The notes under the pieces: generated by a model
Seen by the model: the letters and a program-made list of their open reading frames with translations, nothing else
Database searches by the model: none
What the model was told of the DNA's origin: nothing
Made by a program: the position numbers and the translations under genes
Virus record (IMG/VR): IMGVR_UViG_3300001765_000054
Coordinates: 1 to 64,000 of that record
Length of the DNA stretch: 64,000 nucleotides
Reading direction: 5' to 3' (one strand)
Source: an uncultured virus (IMG/VR IMGVR_UViG_3300001765_000054)
Taxonomy: Duplodnaviria > Heunggongvirae > Uroviricota > Caudoviricetes
In this document: positions 28,963 through 38,481 of the stretch, piece after piece
Position numbering within the stretch: the stretch's first letter is position 1
Layout: each line of letters starts with the position of its first letter

Positions 28963-29910
28963 TTACATATCCTGTGGTAAGCGATGTGACACATAGGTCG
29001 GGAATCTCGGCAAGTCTTTAACCCCATGGGTCATAGTTTTAATCTTGGCGATATGTCCGACGACCTTGCCGGGATTGGCGAAATAATCGAGTGCCTCAGC
29101 GACTGACATCTCACCGCTGCCCGCCGTAACTGGTAGACCTTTCGGGAACAAGAGCTTGCCTGTTACCGGGTCATGGAAATCGGCCAGCATCGTCCCATGG
29201 ATAGAACCGACTTGGCCGTTCGGCACCATGCCCGCCTTTGCGCTGCTACGCTCTGTGCGCCCGAGGGTGTTTTTCTTAGCCTCGTTGGCATTTATCTGCC
29301 CCTCCGTAATGCCGGTGACTAGAATCTCGAAGTCAGCCCAAGGCTTCACGCGCCACAATTCCTGGCCTTTGAGCGTCGCTCGGCCAGTTTTATATGGCGC
29401 ATGTGGGTTGCGGATGATCGTGCCTTCGTACCCTGCAGCCGCAAACTGTGCGATGTTGTGGGCTAAGTGTGCAGGTGTATCCACAACGTAAGAGGGCACG
29501 AGATGCACCCGTGGATGACCCAGTTTGATGACCCGACGCGACAGTGCAGCATGTCGGTCTTCGTACCGAAGACCGACCGTCTCAGGTGTGACCAGGTCAA
29601 AAACCCACCAGTGAAGATCAGGCATTTCAGTCACGCCCTTGAACCGGCCCATCGCGCCTGTGGTCAGGCTGCATAGCCGTTCGCTGCAGTTTGGCTTGTC
29701 ACCGAGGGTCATCTCGCCATCGAACCCGAGGAATTTGGGGTGGCTAAAATAATCTGTAATGCCAAACCCCTTGAACGGGTCGAGGCTGCGGCCAGTCAAT
29801 GTGCCCTGAAGGTTTATTGCGCGGACGCCGTCAATTTTGGTCTGTACGATACAGGGAAACTGCACCTGGTCGAGGACTGCGTCTTCGGCCAGTTGAGGTT
29901 TGATTTTCAT
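28963..29910 (-). CDS. ATP-dependent DNA ligase
   Basis: KIDGVR motif I, FDGEM, WVFD, YEGTIIR, RVKP, PRFP. Confidence 0.92.
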   Translation of the reverse strand: MKIKPQLAEDAVLDQVQFPCIVQTKIDGVRAINLQGTLTGRSLDPFKGFGITDYFSHPKFLGFDGEMTLGDKPNCSERLCSLTTGAMGRFKGVTEMPDLHWWVFDLVTPETVGLRYEDRHAALSRRVIKLGHPRVHLVPSYVVDTPAHLAHNIAQFAAAGYEGTIIRNPHAPYKTGRATLKGQELWRVKPWADFEILVTGITEGQINANEAKKNTLGRTERSSAKAGMVPNGQVGSIHGTMLADFHDPVTGKLLFPKGLPVTAGSGEMSVAEALDYFANPGKVVGHIAKIKTMTHGVKDLPRFPTYVSHRLPQDM

Positions 29911-30365
29911 ACGTGCCTCCATGCTTGGTTATTTCTGATCTTGCATACAGTGGATTTAGATACTTCAAAATTTTTTGACAGCTCGCCAAGGGTTAGCAAC
30001 GAGCTGCGAATCGCCTGGACCGTTGAGGGACTGAGCTTCGAGCGAGCGTGGTTCTCGCCGGCCAAGTTCACACTTCGCCCTCTAGTTACCCTGTCGTCTA
30101 CGTTGTCCTGGGTCGTACCGAGAGATAGATGAGAAGGGTCTACACACCGAGGGTTGTCACAAGAGTGGCGAACCAGTAATCCTTCCGGGACTGGCCCGTT
30201 TGCTAACTCGTAGGACACACGGTGGGCTGAACGCTTACCACCAGATGTGGCGATCATCCCGTACCCGGCTGGATTGGTATGGCCAATCCAAAGCCAACAC
30301 CCGTCGGACTTAGTGACTTTTGCCCAGAACCGGGCAACTAGCGTATTGTTATTTGAACAACTCAT
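29907..30365 (-). CDS. Free-standing HNH endonuclease
   Basis: RFWAKV..CWLW.G...AHRVSY...VRHSCDNPRCVDP.HL..GT..DN. Confidence 0.9.
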   Translation of the reverse strand: MSCSNNNTLVARFWAKVTKSDGCWLWIGHTNPAGYGMIATSGGKRSAHRVSYELANGPVPEGLLVRHSCDNPRCVDPSHLSLGTTQDNVDDRVTRGRSVNLAGENHARSKLSPSTVQAIRSSLLTLGELSKNFEVSKSTVCKIRNNQAWRHV

Positions 30366-30402
30366 TTCATATTTCCAAGTTAGATCATAGATTCAATAGG
30401 CG

Positions 30403-30425
30403 TAAAAATGCCCGCGAACGGGCAG
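30403..30425 (-). terminator. Rho-independent terminator
   Basis: Minus strand TGCCCG-TTCG-CGGGCA followed by T-run. Confidence 0.7.
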
Positions 30426-30429
30426 TAAT

Positions 30430-30813
30430 TTATTTTCCTGGTTTCTGTCGAATAGTTATCACAAGGTTCTCAAACTCAAGGACGATGTCCCTTCCTTCTT
30501 CGGTAATCAGCATAGCTGGACGGTCGGCCAGAATCCTTGGGGTGTACTCGATAGCGTCAAGATACTTAGGCCCCTTCTGGCCTTTCCACTGGTACATCCA
30601 GCGGGGTTTGCCACGCCCTTCGCCTGCGGCGGGTAGTCGGGTCACGACGCCTTTGCGCCACATGTTGCCAAGGTAATCAGAGACCCTGGCTGCTGAGGCT
30701 GCGTGCTCCTTGACTGAGGCCATATCGAATAATTCTTGGGCATCGAGAGGTTTGTCTGACGCACGTAGAACTGCTTCTAGCGCAGGGAATAACCCTGCTT
30801 CATTGTTTCTCAT
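30430..30813 (-). CDS. Putative winged-helix DNA-binding protein
   Basis: PL.A.EL...VSDYLG.MWRKG.V.R...W.Y. Confidence 0.5.
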   Translation of the reverse strand: MRNNEAGLFPALEAVLRASDKPLDAQELFDMASVKEHAASAARVSDYLGNMWRKGVVTRLPAAGEGRGKPRWMYQWKGQKGPKYLDAIEYTPRILADRPAMLITEEGRDIVLEFENLVITIRQKPGK

Positions 30814-30850
30814 GATGATTTCCCAGTAAAAAAAAAAATAGATCGTTCGG

Positions 30851-31243
30851 TTACCCGACACGCTCTTGAATTTTTTTTGCGAGCGCGTCGCGTGGTTCAA
30901 TCAATCGTCGAAAATCATTGGCGGTATAGTCTTGATCCCATGACAATCCGTCAAAGTACACCCCTCCCTCGGTACACCCAACAACAACAGCAACCTGACG
31001 CCCTTCAGCATGTCTATTGCGCAGCCAATTTTTCTGGAGTTCGGATAGGTTAATCTTGATTAAAGTATAGGGCCTTTTAGGCACCGCAAGGTACTTAAAT
31101 TCAACCCAAAGCTCGGATTTCCTACCGCTGTACCAAACGTCGGGAATACCCGAGTTGTACTGGTTGTTGTTCTTCATCCTGTACAACTGTGCCGGCAGAT
31201 GCCGGTGGACTGACTGGATGAACGTGTTCTCAGGTGTGGCCAT
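30851..31243 (-). CDS. VRR-NUC-like nuclease/resolvase
   Basis: GIPD....WVEFK...LSELQKNWL. Confidence 0.8.
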   Translation of the reverse strand: MATPENTFIQSVHRHLPAQLYRMKNNNQYNSGIPDVWYSGRKSELWVEFKYLAVPKRPYTLIKINLSELQKNWLRNRHAEGRQVAVVVGCTEGGVYFDGLSWDQDYTANDFRRLIEPRDALAKKIQERVG

Positions 31244-31611
31244 TAGTCGGTCTGGCGTAGCACTCCGGCGTCGCACAAAGTGCCCACGGCCTTCATGAGC
31301 TCATCGAACGACGGTACTGCTCTCTTAGCCTTTGGCAGCTTGGGCTCAGCTTCAGCAATCAGCCGTTTTTCAACCAGCCGGGCATACCCAATAATGTCCG
31401 TCCAGGAGTCGACGTACTCAGGGTCTCCATTCAGAATTCTGCCCACTTTGTGTGCGAGCATCTCCAGGCACTCCTTCATATCGTCGGCCAGGCTCTCCCA
31501 GTTGTCGCCGAAGCGCATGGCTTCTTTGATCAACTGGGTCACTTCAGCGTGGTCCACGAACTCGCCGTAGCGGCTGCCGCGTTCCGCCAGAGTTTCATCA
31601 ATATTACTCAT
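31243..31611 (-). CDS. DUF6378-like protein
   Basis: L.ERG..YG...K..RI.NG...DSW.DI.GYA. Confidence 0.7.
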   Translation of the reverse strand: MSNIDETLAERGSRYGEFVDHAEVTQLIKEAMRFGDNWESLADDMKECLEMLAHKVGRILNGDPEYVDSWTDIIGYARLVEKRLIAEAEPKLPKAKRAVPSFDELMKAVGTLCDAGVLRQTD

Positions 31612-32179
31612 TGGTTGTTCCTACTTTGGATTTGGCACGCGCCGCGTTCACCGGGGGGAACAGCGCTGCTTGAATGGCTTGAACAGTACGCGCCTGGTGG
31701 ACGGCGTCGAACAATGCATTGTGTTTGGTGCCCTGGAATGGCAGCTTGATAGCCTTCGCACCTGGTAGGTTCTTGTAGGTCCTGAAGCACCGGCTGTTGT
31801 AGTACAGCCAGGGTACTTCGATGCTGAGCTGAGCGCATGCATGGGACAACATGGGGATGTCGAAATCCGCCCCGTTGCTCCACACTGTGTACTGGCCATT
31901 GCCCATCCAGTCGATGAGCCCCGCGACAGCGTTGCGCAGGGTCTGTTTTTCCTCATGGAATACGCCCTGGGCATTCGGCCCTTGCTTCATCCACCAGATC
32001 AAAGTATCTTCGCTGACCCGACGCTTGAGTTCCAGGTTGGAATCGATACTGATCGATGCGTAAAAACCGAGATCATCAAGCGCGGTTGAGTCGAGGTCGA
32101 ACTTCACCGCTCCAATGCTCATAATGCAGGCGTCTGCGGTAGTCGCTAAGGATTCCATGTCAATCATTAAATGTTTCAT
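31604..32179 (-). CDS. DEDDh 3'-5' exonuclease (RNase AS/ExoVIII-like)
   Basis: HLMIDMES, WSNGADFD, HNALFDA. Confidence 0.85.
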   Translation of the reverse strand: MKHLMIDMESLATTADACIMSIGAVKFDLDSTALDDLGFYASISIDSNLELKRRVSEDTLIWWMKQGPNAQGVFHEEKQTLRNAVAGLIDWMGNGQYTVWSNGADFDIPMLSHACAQLSIEVPWLYYNSRCFRTYKNLPGAKAIKLPFQGTKHNALFDAVHQARTVQAIQAALFPPVNAARAKSKVGTTNE

Positions 32180-32233
32180 ATTTCTCCGAAGTTGATGGCA
32201 TCGCCCACCGAGTCGTTCGGCGGGTCGGCACGA

Positions 32234-32641
32234 TTACTCAGCAGTGGCGGCTTCTTTCGTAGCCTTCGTCGCTTTGGCTTTCACCTCGACGGCCACAGAA
32301 GCGGCTTCGATCTCGGCGCGACGCTTTTCGAGCTTCTCGGCACCGGCTACGGCTCCAGCCTGAAGCCGTGCTGCTTTGGCCGCAGCGGCTTCATGAGCTT
32401 TCGTAGCCCCTGCAAGAACCTTTTCTGCTGATTTACGAGCAGTTTCTGCCTGTTTTTCAGCAGCCGCGACCGCTGCATCAGAACTTTTCTTGGCCTCAGC
32501 CAGAGCCTTTTCTGCTTCCTTCAGCGCGGCGCTGATGCTCTTGGTGTTGACGGTGTGCGATGCCACTGCGAGCTTGAGGTCAGCCAGGGCTGTTTTCTTC
32601 TCGGCGGGGGTGGCGAATTTGAGGGCTTTTGGACGGGGCAT
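32234..32641 (-). CDS. Ala/Lys-rich hypothetical protein
   Basis: AGGAG SD, helical low-complexity sequence. Confidence 0.7.
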   Translation of the reverse strand: MPRPKALKFATPAEKKTALADLKLAVASHTVNTKSISAALKEAEKALAEAKKSSDAAVAAAEKQAETARKSAEKVLAGATKAHEAAAAKAARLQAGAVAGAEKLEKRRAEIEAASVAVEVKAKATKATKEAATAE

Positions 32642-32849
32642 GGAATTTCTCCTGTAGGCTATTACTGAAAGCGATCTCGTTGAGCCGAACTGCTCGCGAG
32701 ATCAGCCGGGTCAAAACGGACCGGCGACGTTGGGTACTTGCCTCGAGTTCGAGGCAGGCGATGATTTCTTCTGGGGTCAGCTTGCCCAGGACTTCGTTGA
32801 GCCTCTTGAACGAGTCAAGCGCAGTGGCGATGTACCAGGAGCGGGTCAT
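32580..32849 (-). CDS. Hypothetical protein
   Basis: 89-aa ORF within the operon. Confidence 0.6.
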   Translation of the reverse strand: MTRSWYIATALDSFKRLNEVLGKLTPEEIIACLELEASTQRRRSVLTRLISRAVRLNEIAFSNSLQEKFHAPSKSPQIRHPRREENSPG

Positions 32850-32913
32850 GTTAGAACGTAATTAGGTTTTAGACCATCACCCGAAAGGGTGATTCTGGTC
32901 TAGGGGTTTACCC

Positions 32914-33699
32914 TTAGCGGCGAGCCGTTACCGGTTTGCCGCGAGCAGGGGCTTTCTTCTCTTCAGGCGTCGGGGCGGATACTGCGGTTTCCTCAGCCAG
33001 CATGGCTTTGGCCTCAGCACGACGAGCGAAACAGGCTTCCAGGTCTTCGTTGCGCACTGGGTTGTTGTAGGTCACGTAGTCCCACTTGCTCTCGTGAGCG
33101 ATGTTCAGCTCGACCGTCACGCCGACCGGCGGCACCTGGAACACGGCAGCCACGGTCTTGACGAACGCGTCGAACACCTTGTTCGCGGTCACGTTGGTCT
33201 GCATCAGGTAGATCGGGCCGGTAGGGTCAATGACGCCTTCAGCGTCCTCAACCAGTACGGCCATGGTACGCACCTGTTTGCACGCTTTGCCCTTGCCGGC
33301 ACTGGCTGACTCGAACTCATTGGCCCAGCAGCCGGTGCAGGTGCCACACTGTGGGTCTTTGATCGACGCGTAGGGCACCATCTCCTTCGGATTTTCACCG
33401 TTGGCTGCGCAGATGATCGGGCTGACTTTGCCCTGCACATACGAGCCTTCATACAGTGTGTGCTGGGTGTTGAAGTCGAGCACGACCACCTTCATTGGGG
33501 ACTGGAACATCGCGCCCGAGGGCAGCGTGAACTTGTCGCCCTCGTATTTGATCTTCTTGGGTGAACCGTCGGTGCGTGAGGCCAGGCTGGCCAGCTCAGC
33601 GGCCATCTGCTCCTTGATGGAGACCAGGTTGCCACCGGTGGGTTTTACAACCGCGACCTCGGTGGATTTAGAAACAGCAGCTTTGGATTTTGTAGCCAT
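32914..33699 (-). CDS. Putative ssDNA-binding/annealing protein
   Basis: Downstream of polymerase; C..C..N.F.S..GKGKACK motif. Confidence 0.55.
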   Translation of the reverse strand: MATKSKAAVSKSTEVAVVKPTGGNLVSIKEQMAAELASLASRTDGSPKKIKYEGDKFTLPSGAMFQSPMKVVVLDFNTQHTLYEGSYVQGKVSPIICAANGENPKEMVPYASIKDPQCGTCTGCWANEFESASAGKGKACKQVRTMAVLVEDAEGVIDPTGPIYLMQTNVTANKVFDAFVKTVAAVFQVPPVGVTVELNIAHESKWDYVTYNNPVRNEDLEACFARRAEAKAMLAEETAVSAPTPEEKKAPARGKPVTARR

Positions 33700-33724
33700 G
33701 AAAAACTTTCGTAGAACTTAGAAT

Positions 33725-34153
33725 TTAGAGAGACCGAATTGCCAATGTGCGTTTTGTGAAGGGCTGCACGCCCGGAATCGTCTTGCCGAGAGCCCAGAGC
33801 TCGCGCATACCTGGGTCAGAGACCCGTTTCTGCACGAGGTGGAAGTTTTTGGCCTTGGCGAGCCAAGGCCAGAAAGCATCCCAGTTCTCGACGTTTGCAA
33901 CGACCGACTCGTTGATGCTGACCGAAGCAGACTTGCCCTCGGCTTTCCTGGTGTCTTGGCCATCGAGCAGGCCGAAGACGGTGCCTTCCAGCTCCTTCAT
34001 CTCCGTCTCGATGACTTTGACCTGAGCCTCAAGGGCTCGTTTGTCCTCGCGCAGTTTCCACATCCGGTCGGTGGCTGCACCGATGGTTAGCGCCGGACCG
34101 GGTTTCGCAGCCTTAACGGTGCGTGCGCGGGGTTTGTCGATAACTTCTGACAT
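33725..34153 (-). CDS. Conserved replication-module protein
   Basis: Coiled coil followed by V.NWDAF..W...L.QKRV....PGV. Confidence 0.6.
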   Translation of the reverse strand: MSEVIDKPRARTVKAAKPGPALTIGAATDRMWKLREDKRALEAQVKVIETEMKELEGTVFGLLDGQDTRKAEGKSASVSINESVVANVENWDAFWPWLAKAKNFHLVQKRVSDPGMRELWALGKTIPGVQPFTKRTLAIRSL

Positions 34154-34217
34154 GTAGTGCCTTTCAGGTTGGTGATTCTAACTTAGATATAAGATTCTTG
34201 AACAAATCATTCAAGAA

Positions 34218-34532
34218 TCATGTATGGATGCTCCACCCGTGCTTGGAGCTGTCAATGCCGATGCCGACTGTCAGCGCTGGGGCTGAACCGTCGAGCGGTT
34301 GGCCAGGGCCTGAATAGATCAGCCCGCCGTGGAACCAGTGGGTGCCGTCCGGGCGGACCACCGCGAACGCGAAACTGTTGGGAGCCCAGTCGGCATGGAG
34401 CTCACAGACGTTGTCGCCCTCTCCGTAGTTCATCAGGTATTTCAGTTCCTCGGTGAGTTTGTCAAACGCGCCGACGGATACGGCAAATTCAGATACCTTG
34501 ATAAAGTGCTCGGGGTTGGTAATTTTTAGCAT
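34218..34532 (-). CDS. DUF4120-like protein
   Basis: D.AP.SF.F...GGLIY.G...WSIHT C-terminus. Confidence 0.6.
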   Translation of the reverse strand: MLKITNPEHFIKVSEFAVSVGAFDKLTEELKYLMNYGEGDNVCELHADWAPNSFAFAVVRPDGTHWFHGGLIYSGPGQPLDGSAPALTVGIGIDSSKHGWSIHT

Positions 34533-34541
34533 GGTAGTTTC

Positions 34542-34766
34542 CTAGGTTGATAGTCGTTGTGTCATGAGCATCAGTTTGAGCTCTTGGTCTGCTTCGATGA
34601 AAGTGCCTTCGAATCGAGCGATGAAGTCCCTTCGGTTGTCCCAATAAATTAGCCAGTTATTGATGCTGTCCTGGCGAATAATGAAGTCGTTGTACTTTGG
34701 CGCATGCCGTGGGTCTCGCGTCGGACCGAACAGCGCTCGACCGTAGCTGTTAAGCACCATCTTCAT
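34542..34766 (-). CDS. Hypothetical protein
   Basis: ATGA-coupled to the polymerase stop. Confidence 0.6.
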   Translation of the reverse strand: MKMVLNSYGRALFGPTRDPRHAPKYNDFIIRQDSINNWLIYWDNRRDFIARFEGTFIEADQELKLMLMTQRLST

Positions 34767-37700
34767 TTCGAGTAGTTCTCAGCGATTCCCCCTTCGGACG
34801 CCAAGGGGAGATCAGGGCACCAGTCGGGTGCCGTCTGCATCCACTTGGTCATAAGCTCAAAGCACTTCTGTGCCTGGGCTTTCGTGACGCAGCAGACGAA
34901 TTCGTCGTGTGTCATCATCACGGCACGGTATTTCTTGGCTACCTGGAGCATCTGCCAACCCACGATGATCCGCGCCAGGGACTGAGCCAGGTTCTCCGCG
35001 AGGATGCCTGAGTACAGTTTCTTGCGCATGTTCTTCGACTGGTACGACCACTCCATCCAGCCCTTTTCACCGAGCGTTTGACGCATGTCTGGATACTTGA
35101 GGGCCATGCCGTTGGGCAGCCAGATGGTTTCTTTCTCCCAGTGGATCGGCCCGTGTGTGCCTTTACGGCCAGCAGCCATGTCCTCGATGATCCGCTCGCA
35201 GACTTTCCAGCCGCGCACGATCATGTGATTCTTGCTGCGGTAGATGTTGACGATCTTCTTACACGTGTCAAGATCGAAGTACGTCGGGATCGCCCCTTTG
35301 GCCAGCGTTGCCTGGAACTTGAGCGGGCCCATCATAAAACTTAATCCCAAAATACAATTAAGTACGAGTTTGCCCGAAACGGTGAACCTTAATCGCGGTC
35401 CGGCGTTGGCTATGTCATAGCATCTAACTTGGTGAGTATTCCTCGCCAGTTCTTGCATTTCGCCACTACCTGTATGCGCGCCATAGCTACTATCTGCTCT
35501 CCGGTAAATCCTTCCTTCGTGTACCGAAAGGTCGGCCCCCACACGTACGGAGAGCCTTTTACGCGGTGTATCTGCGACGACGTGATCGTCACAGAACCGA
35601 ATACCTTGCCCTTCAATTCCGGTATTCTGGAGCCGAGCCATCTCGGATGCTGCTTGCCCGAACGGAATAATCCGTCCGTCTTCGGTGAAGACTTCATGAT
35701 CGGATGTTGCGGTGAGTCCGTCATAGGTAATTACCTCCTTAATACCTTGGTCAATAACCCCGTCATGGGGCACCCATTCTACTCCATCCCATAACCAATC
35801 TTCTTTAGATATTAGATTTATTGGGACGAGTCCACGAGTCGTTAATACGAGCTCTCCTTCTGCAATGCAGGTCTTGGCCACAAAACGTTCGACCTTGTTC
35901 TCCTTCGTAATCGTGCGGCCATAGATGTGGTCGCCGAACTTACAGTACACATCTCGGTCTGTGCCGTTGTCTGTGTTCCTGAAGTCTTCAACCATATCGT
36001 CCTGCCTCCACAGCCAGGCACCGACGCGGGCTTCGATCTGACCACTATCAGCCACCGCGAGCATGTGGCCCTTCGGTGCCAGGATCGACAGGCGCAGCTC
36101 ACCTCCTCGGACGAGGTTCTGGCAGTTCCCGGTTACATGGATAGTTCCGTTGTGCCTCATCATGAACCACCCAGTAGGTGTAGTGAGGCAATACACGTTA
36201 CCTTCGAAGTACGCAACGAGCGTAAGAGGAGTTCGATCCTTTTCGTTAATTACGTAGCTTCTAGGTTTCACATTAACGACCCAGAGCTTGGCGTCGGGAT
36301 CGGTGTTCCACCCTTTGAAGTTGTTTATTTCTTGCATCTGCGCTGACCTGCCAACTAAATGCGCTGCGGTCTGTAGCCATTCAGCATTCTGTTTGGTCGC
36401 GGATGAATACAAGTAGCTATCGTTTCGGACGTGTCCATCCCAATAGGCAGCTTCATCAACCAACGCCTCCAATGCTTCGCCCGATAGCCCCAACAACCAC
36501 GAGTTGAAATATTTGAACATGGCTAAAGGGGCTTGCCCGTGGTTGACATAGAACTTGGTGTACTCGCCTGCGATCGTTTCGGTGTACCTCAATCCGGCGG
36601 CATCGAATATCTGGCGGAACCGAGCTATTTTCCGGGGCTTCGTGAACCCAAACTGTGCCGCGTTAGACCCTGGGCTGTTAGGCACTATGCCTCCGTCTGC
36701 CTGCATCGCCGCAGCGACTCTGGCCATCTCTGGCGATACCGTGAACCGAGGTGCAGGATTGTCATACTCGCCTGATACAGGTAACAGCCAATCCGAACTA
36801 TTTATCAGCTCTTGCGCGGTACGCCTGACTACGGTATTTTTGTTTCGGTAGTAGGTCACCGGAATTCCGTGGTCGGGGGTGTACATCGCGTCATGTGTAC
36901 CTGAGTGGGTTCTGGCTTGGACCATGGGGCCGGAATACCCGAATATCACCTTACCTACTCGGGCGAACGTAATCTGCTTGCTTACCGCATTCCACACCGC
37001 TACAGGAGTAGCGTCATCGAACTTATTCAGGGGCACCCAACCTTCGGGGGTAAGTACCTCAGATTCGCCTGGTAAACAATTCATTTTGTTTGCCCCTCCC
37101 CATCTTCCTGTGTGTGCGGCATAATAATTTAGCCCCACCGGCAGCGGCATGCCGTTGGCGCCAGCGGTCAAGAACCTCTCAGCACGGGTAATGTTCGTCG
37201 TGCTCTTGACTGCCAGGCGCACATCGACCAGAGCCTGAATGCGCTCCTGTTTGGCGATCATCAGCTTGACCTGTTCAGGGTCGTTTAGGTCGAGCCCCCA
37301 CTCATCGACCATGTTCGGCAGCTCGGTGAACTTGGCATCGTCCTTGGCGAACGCGTAGGCATACTTCTTCAGCTCGCCTTCTGGACTCTCACGGGTCTCC
37401 TTGTCGAGCTTCATCCATGCTGGGCTGATCTTTATGGGCGGCTCGATGCCCTCAGCCTTCAGCAGCCCAACGAACTTGTCGTTGCTGCCGATGACTTTCT
37501 TGATGATCATCATGTCGCGCTCTTTACCTTCGAGCAGCTTGTCCTTGCCCTTGAGTACGCTCTGCCACTCCTCTGGATCGACGGCTGCATACATGAGCTG
37601 CTCGCGTTTGAGCAGCTCGCGCTCTAGCTCGCGCTCAACGCGTGGAATGTCCACCCTGAGCACCGGGCTGGTGAACATCCGGCATGTCAGATCGATGAGC

Positions 37701-38245
37701 CTGATCTCGTCGTCTGGCATCTTGGGTAGCATCAGCGTGAAGATACGGAACATCTCATCAACGTCGTTCGCGCAATACGCAGCGGTCTTGGCGAACAGCT
37801 CCTTGTTCCACTTCAGGACACCTTTCGTGTCCTCCAGACCTTCGAGCTTGCCCTTACCGCCATAGAAAACAGATACCTCGTCCAGGCCGGCGCCAATGTC
37901 ATTGCTATGCAAACCGCGTGCCATGCTGAGAGTATCGTAAAGAAAAGCAGGGTGAACACCATAGTGACAAGACAGGATAAAACCGTCGAACTGCGTGTTA
38001 TGACAGAGTAGGCTATGCGTAGCCCAGTTGATTTTTGCCAGTTCTGTTTGGATGCGCGCATGGGGGATGATCCTTGTTTTGCCGTTGCCGATCTTTATGC
38101 CCATCATTTGGGCCTTAAAGCGCGGATCACGGATGTACTCAGAAGTGCTGAGCTTTGAGAGGGTGTAGTCTTGGTCGTAGTACGTTTCAAAATCGATGCT
38201 GACCAGGCGGGACCAGTCGGGGATGTGTTGGGGGTGGTTGTTCAT
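34763..38245 (-). CDS. polA: Family A DNA polymerase with two inteins (spliced product about 671 aa)
   Basis: Exo DFET; HTGRW; motif A ADSGQIEARV; motif B R..AKT|CILG; motif C THDE. Confidence 0.93.
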   Translation of the reverse strand: MNNHPQHIPDWSRLVSIDFETYYDQDYTLSKLSTSEYIRDPRFKAQMMGIKIGNGKTRIIPHARIQTELAKINWATHSLLCHNTQFDGFILSCHYGVHPAFLYDTLSMARGLHSNDIGAGLDEVSVFYGGKGKLEGLEDTKGVLKWNKELFAKTAAYCANDVDEMFRIFTLMLPKMPDDEIRLIDLTCRMFTSPVLRVDIPRVERELERELLKREQLMYAAVDPEEWQSVLKGKDKLLEGKERDMMIIKKVIGSNDKFVGLLKAEGIEPPIKISPAWMKLDKETRESPEGELKKYAYAFAKDDAKFTELPNMVDEWGLDLNDPEQVKLMIAKQERIQALVDVRLAVKSTTNITRAERFLTAGANGMPLPVGLNYYAAHTGRWGGANKMNCLPGESEVLTPEGWVPLNKFDDATPVAVWNAVSKQITFARVGKVIFGYSGPMVQARTHSGTHDAMYTPDHGIPVTYYRNKNTVVRRTAQELINSSDWLLPVSGEYDNPAPRFTVSPEMARVAAAMQADGGIVPNSPGSNAAQFGFTKPRKIARFRQIFDAAGLRYTETIAGEYTKFYVNHGQAPLAMFKYFNSWLLGLSGEALEALVDEAAYWDGHVRNDSYLYSSATKQNAEWLQTAAHLVGRSAQMQEINNFKGWNTDPDAKLWVVNVKPRSYVINEKDRTPLTLVAYFEGNVYCLTTPTGWFMMRHNGTIHVTGNCQNLVRGGELRLSILAPKGHMLAVADSGQIEARVGAWLWRQDDMVEDFRNTDNGTDRDVYCKFGDHIYGRTITKENKVERFVAKTCIAEGELVLTTRGLVPINLISKEDWLWDGVEWVPHDGVIDQGIKEVITYDGLTATSDHEVFTEDGRIIPFGQAASEMARLQNTGIEGQGIRFCDDHVVADTPRKRLSVRVGADLSVHEGRIYRRADSSYGAHTGSGEMQELARNTHQVRCYDIANAGPRLRFTVSGKLVLNCILGLSFMMGPLKFQATLAKGAIPTYFDLDTCKKIVNIYRSKNHMIVRGWKVCERIIEDMAAGRKGTHGPIHWEKETIWLPNGMALKYPDMRQTLGEKGWMEWSYQSKNMRKKLYSGILAENLAQSLARIIVGWQMLQVAKKYRAVMMTHDEFVCCVTKAQAQKCFELMTKWMQTAPDWCPDLPLASEGGIAENYSK
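35357..35869 (-). mobile_element. Intein 2 of DNA polymerase (171 aa, in motif B)
   Basis: AKT|CIAEG...ATSDHEV...YDI...RFTVSGKLVLN|C. Confidence 0.9.
35410..35724 (-). CDS. Nested +1-frame ORF in polymerase intein 2; probable internally deleted HNH endonuclease
   Basis: TAAGGAGGT SD 8 nt before ATG; SGKQHPRW and PELKGKVFGSVTI resemble HNH N-termini; no catalytic core. Confidence 0.6.
   Translation of the reverse strand: MTDSPQHPIMKSSPKTDGLFRSGKQHPRWLGSRIPELKGKVFGSVTITSSQIHRVKGSPYVWGPTFRYTKEGFTGEQIVAMARIQVVAKCKNWRGILTKLDAMT
36125..37078 (-). mobile_element. Intein 1 of DNA polymerase (318 aa, LAGLIDADG type)
   Basis: KMN|CLPGESEVLTPEGW...TPDH...AAMQADG...WDG...RHNGTIHVTGN|CQN. Confidence 0.92.
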
Positions 38246-38481
38246 GCTTCCTCACTGCACCGCTGAGCGGTCACGGCCAAGTCCATAACGAAGTCAGACA
38301 CATCTGCTTCGCACATGAGATCAAACGGTCTACGCTCATCAATTCCATATTGCGAGAACACCCCGTCGGTGTCGTTGTAGTCCGCTCCGTCCATAGCGTC
38401 ATACACTTCCTCGGGCGTGCCGGTATGCGACTCAATCACATGACTTACGGCAAACCTTTTCCACTTGTCTAGCACTATCAT
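38242..38481 (-). CDS. Hypothetical acidic protein
   Basis: Start moved to MIVLDK; ATGA overlaps at both ends. Confidence 0.6.
   Translation of the reverse strand: MIVLDKWKRFAVSHVIESHTGTPEEVYDAMDGADYNDTDGVFSQYGIDERRPFDLMCEADVSDFVMDLAVTAQRCSEEA

Noticed and set aside
30828..30838. A11 homopolymer as a phase-variation tract
   Set aside because: Intergenic once the start is placed at 30813; length unreliable
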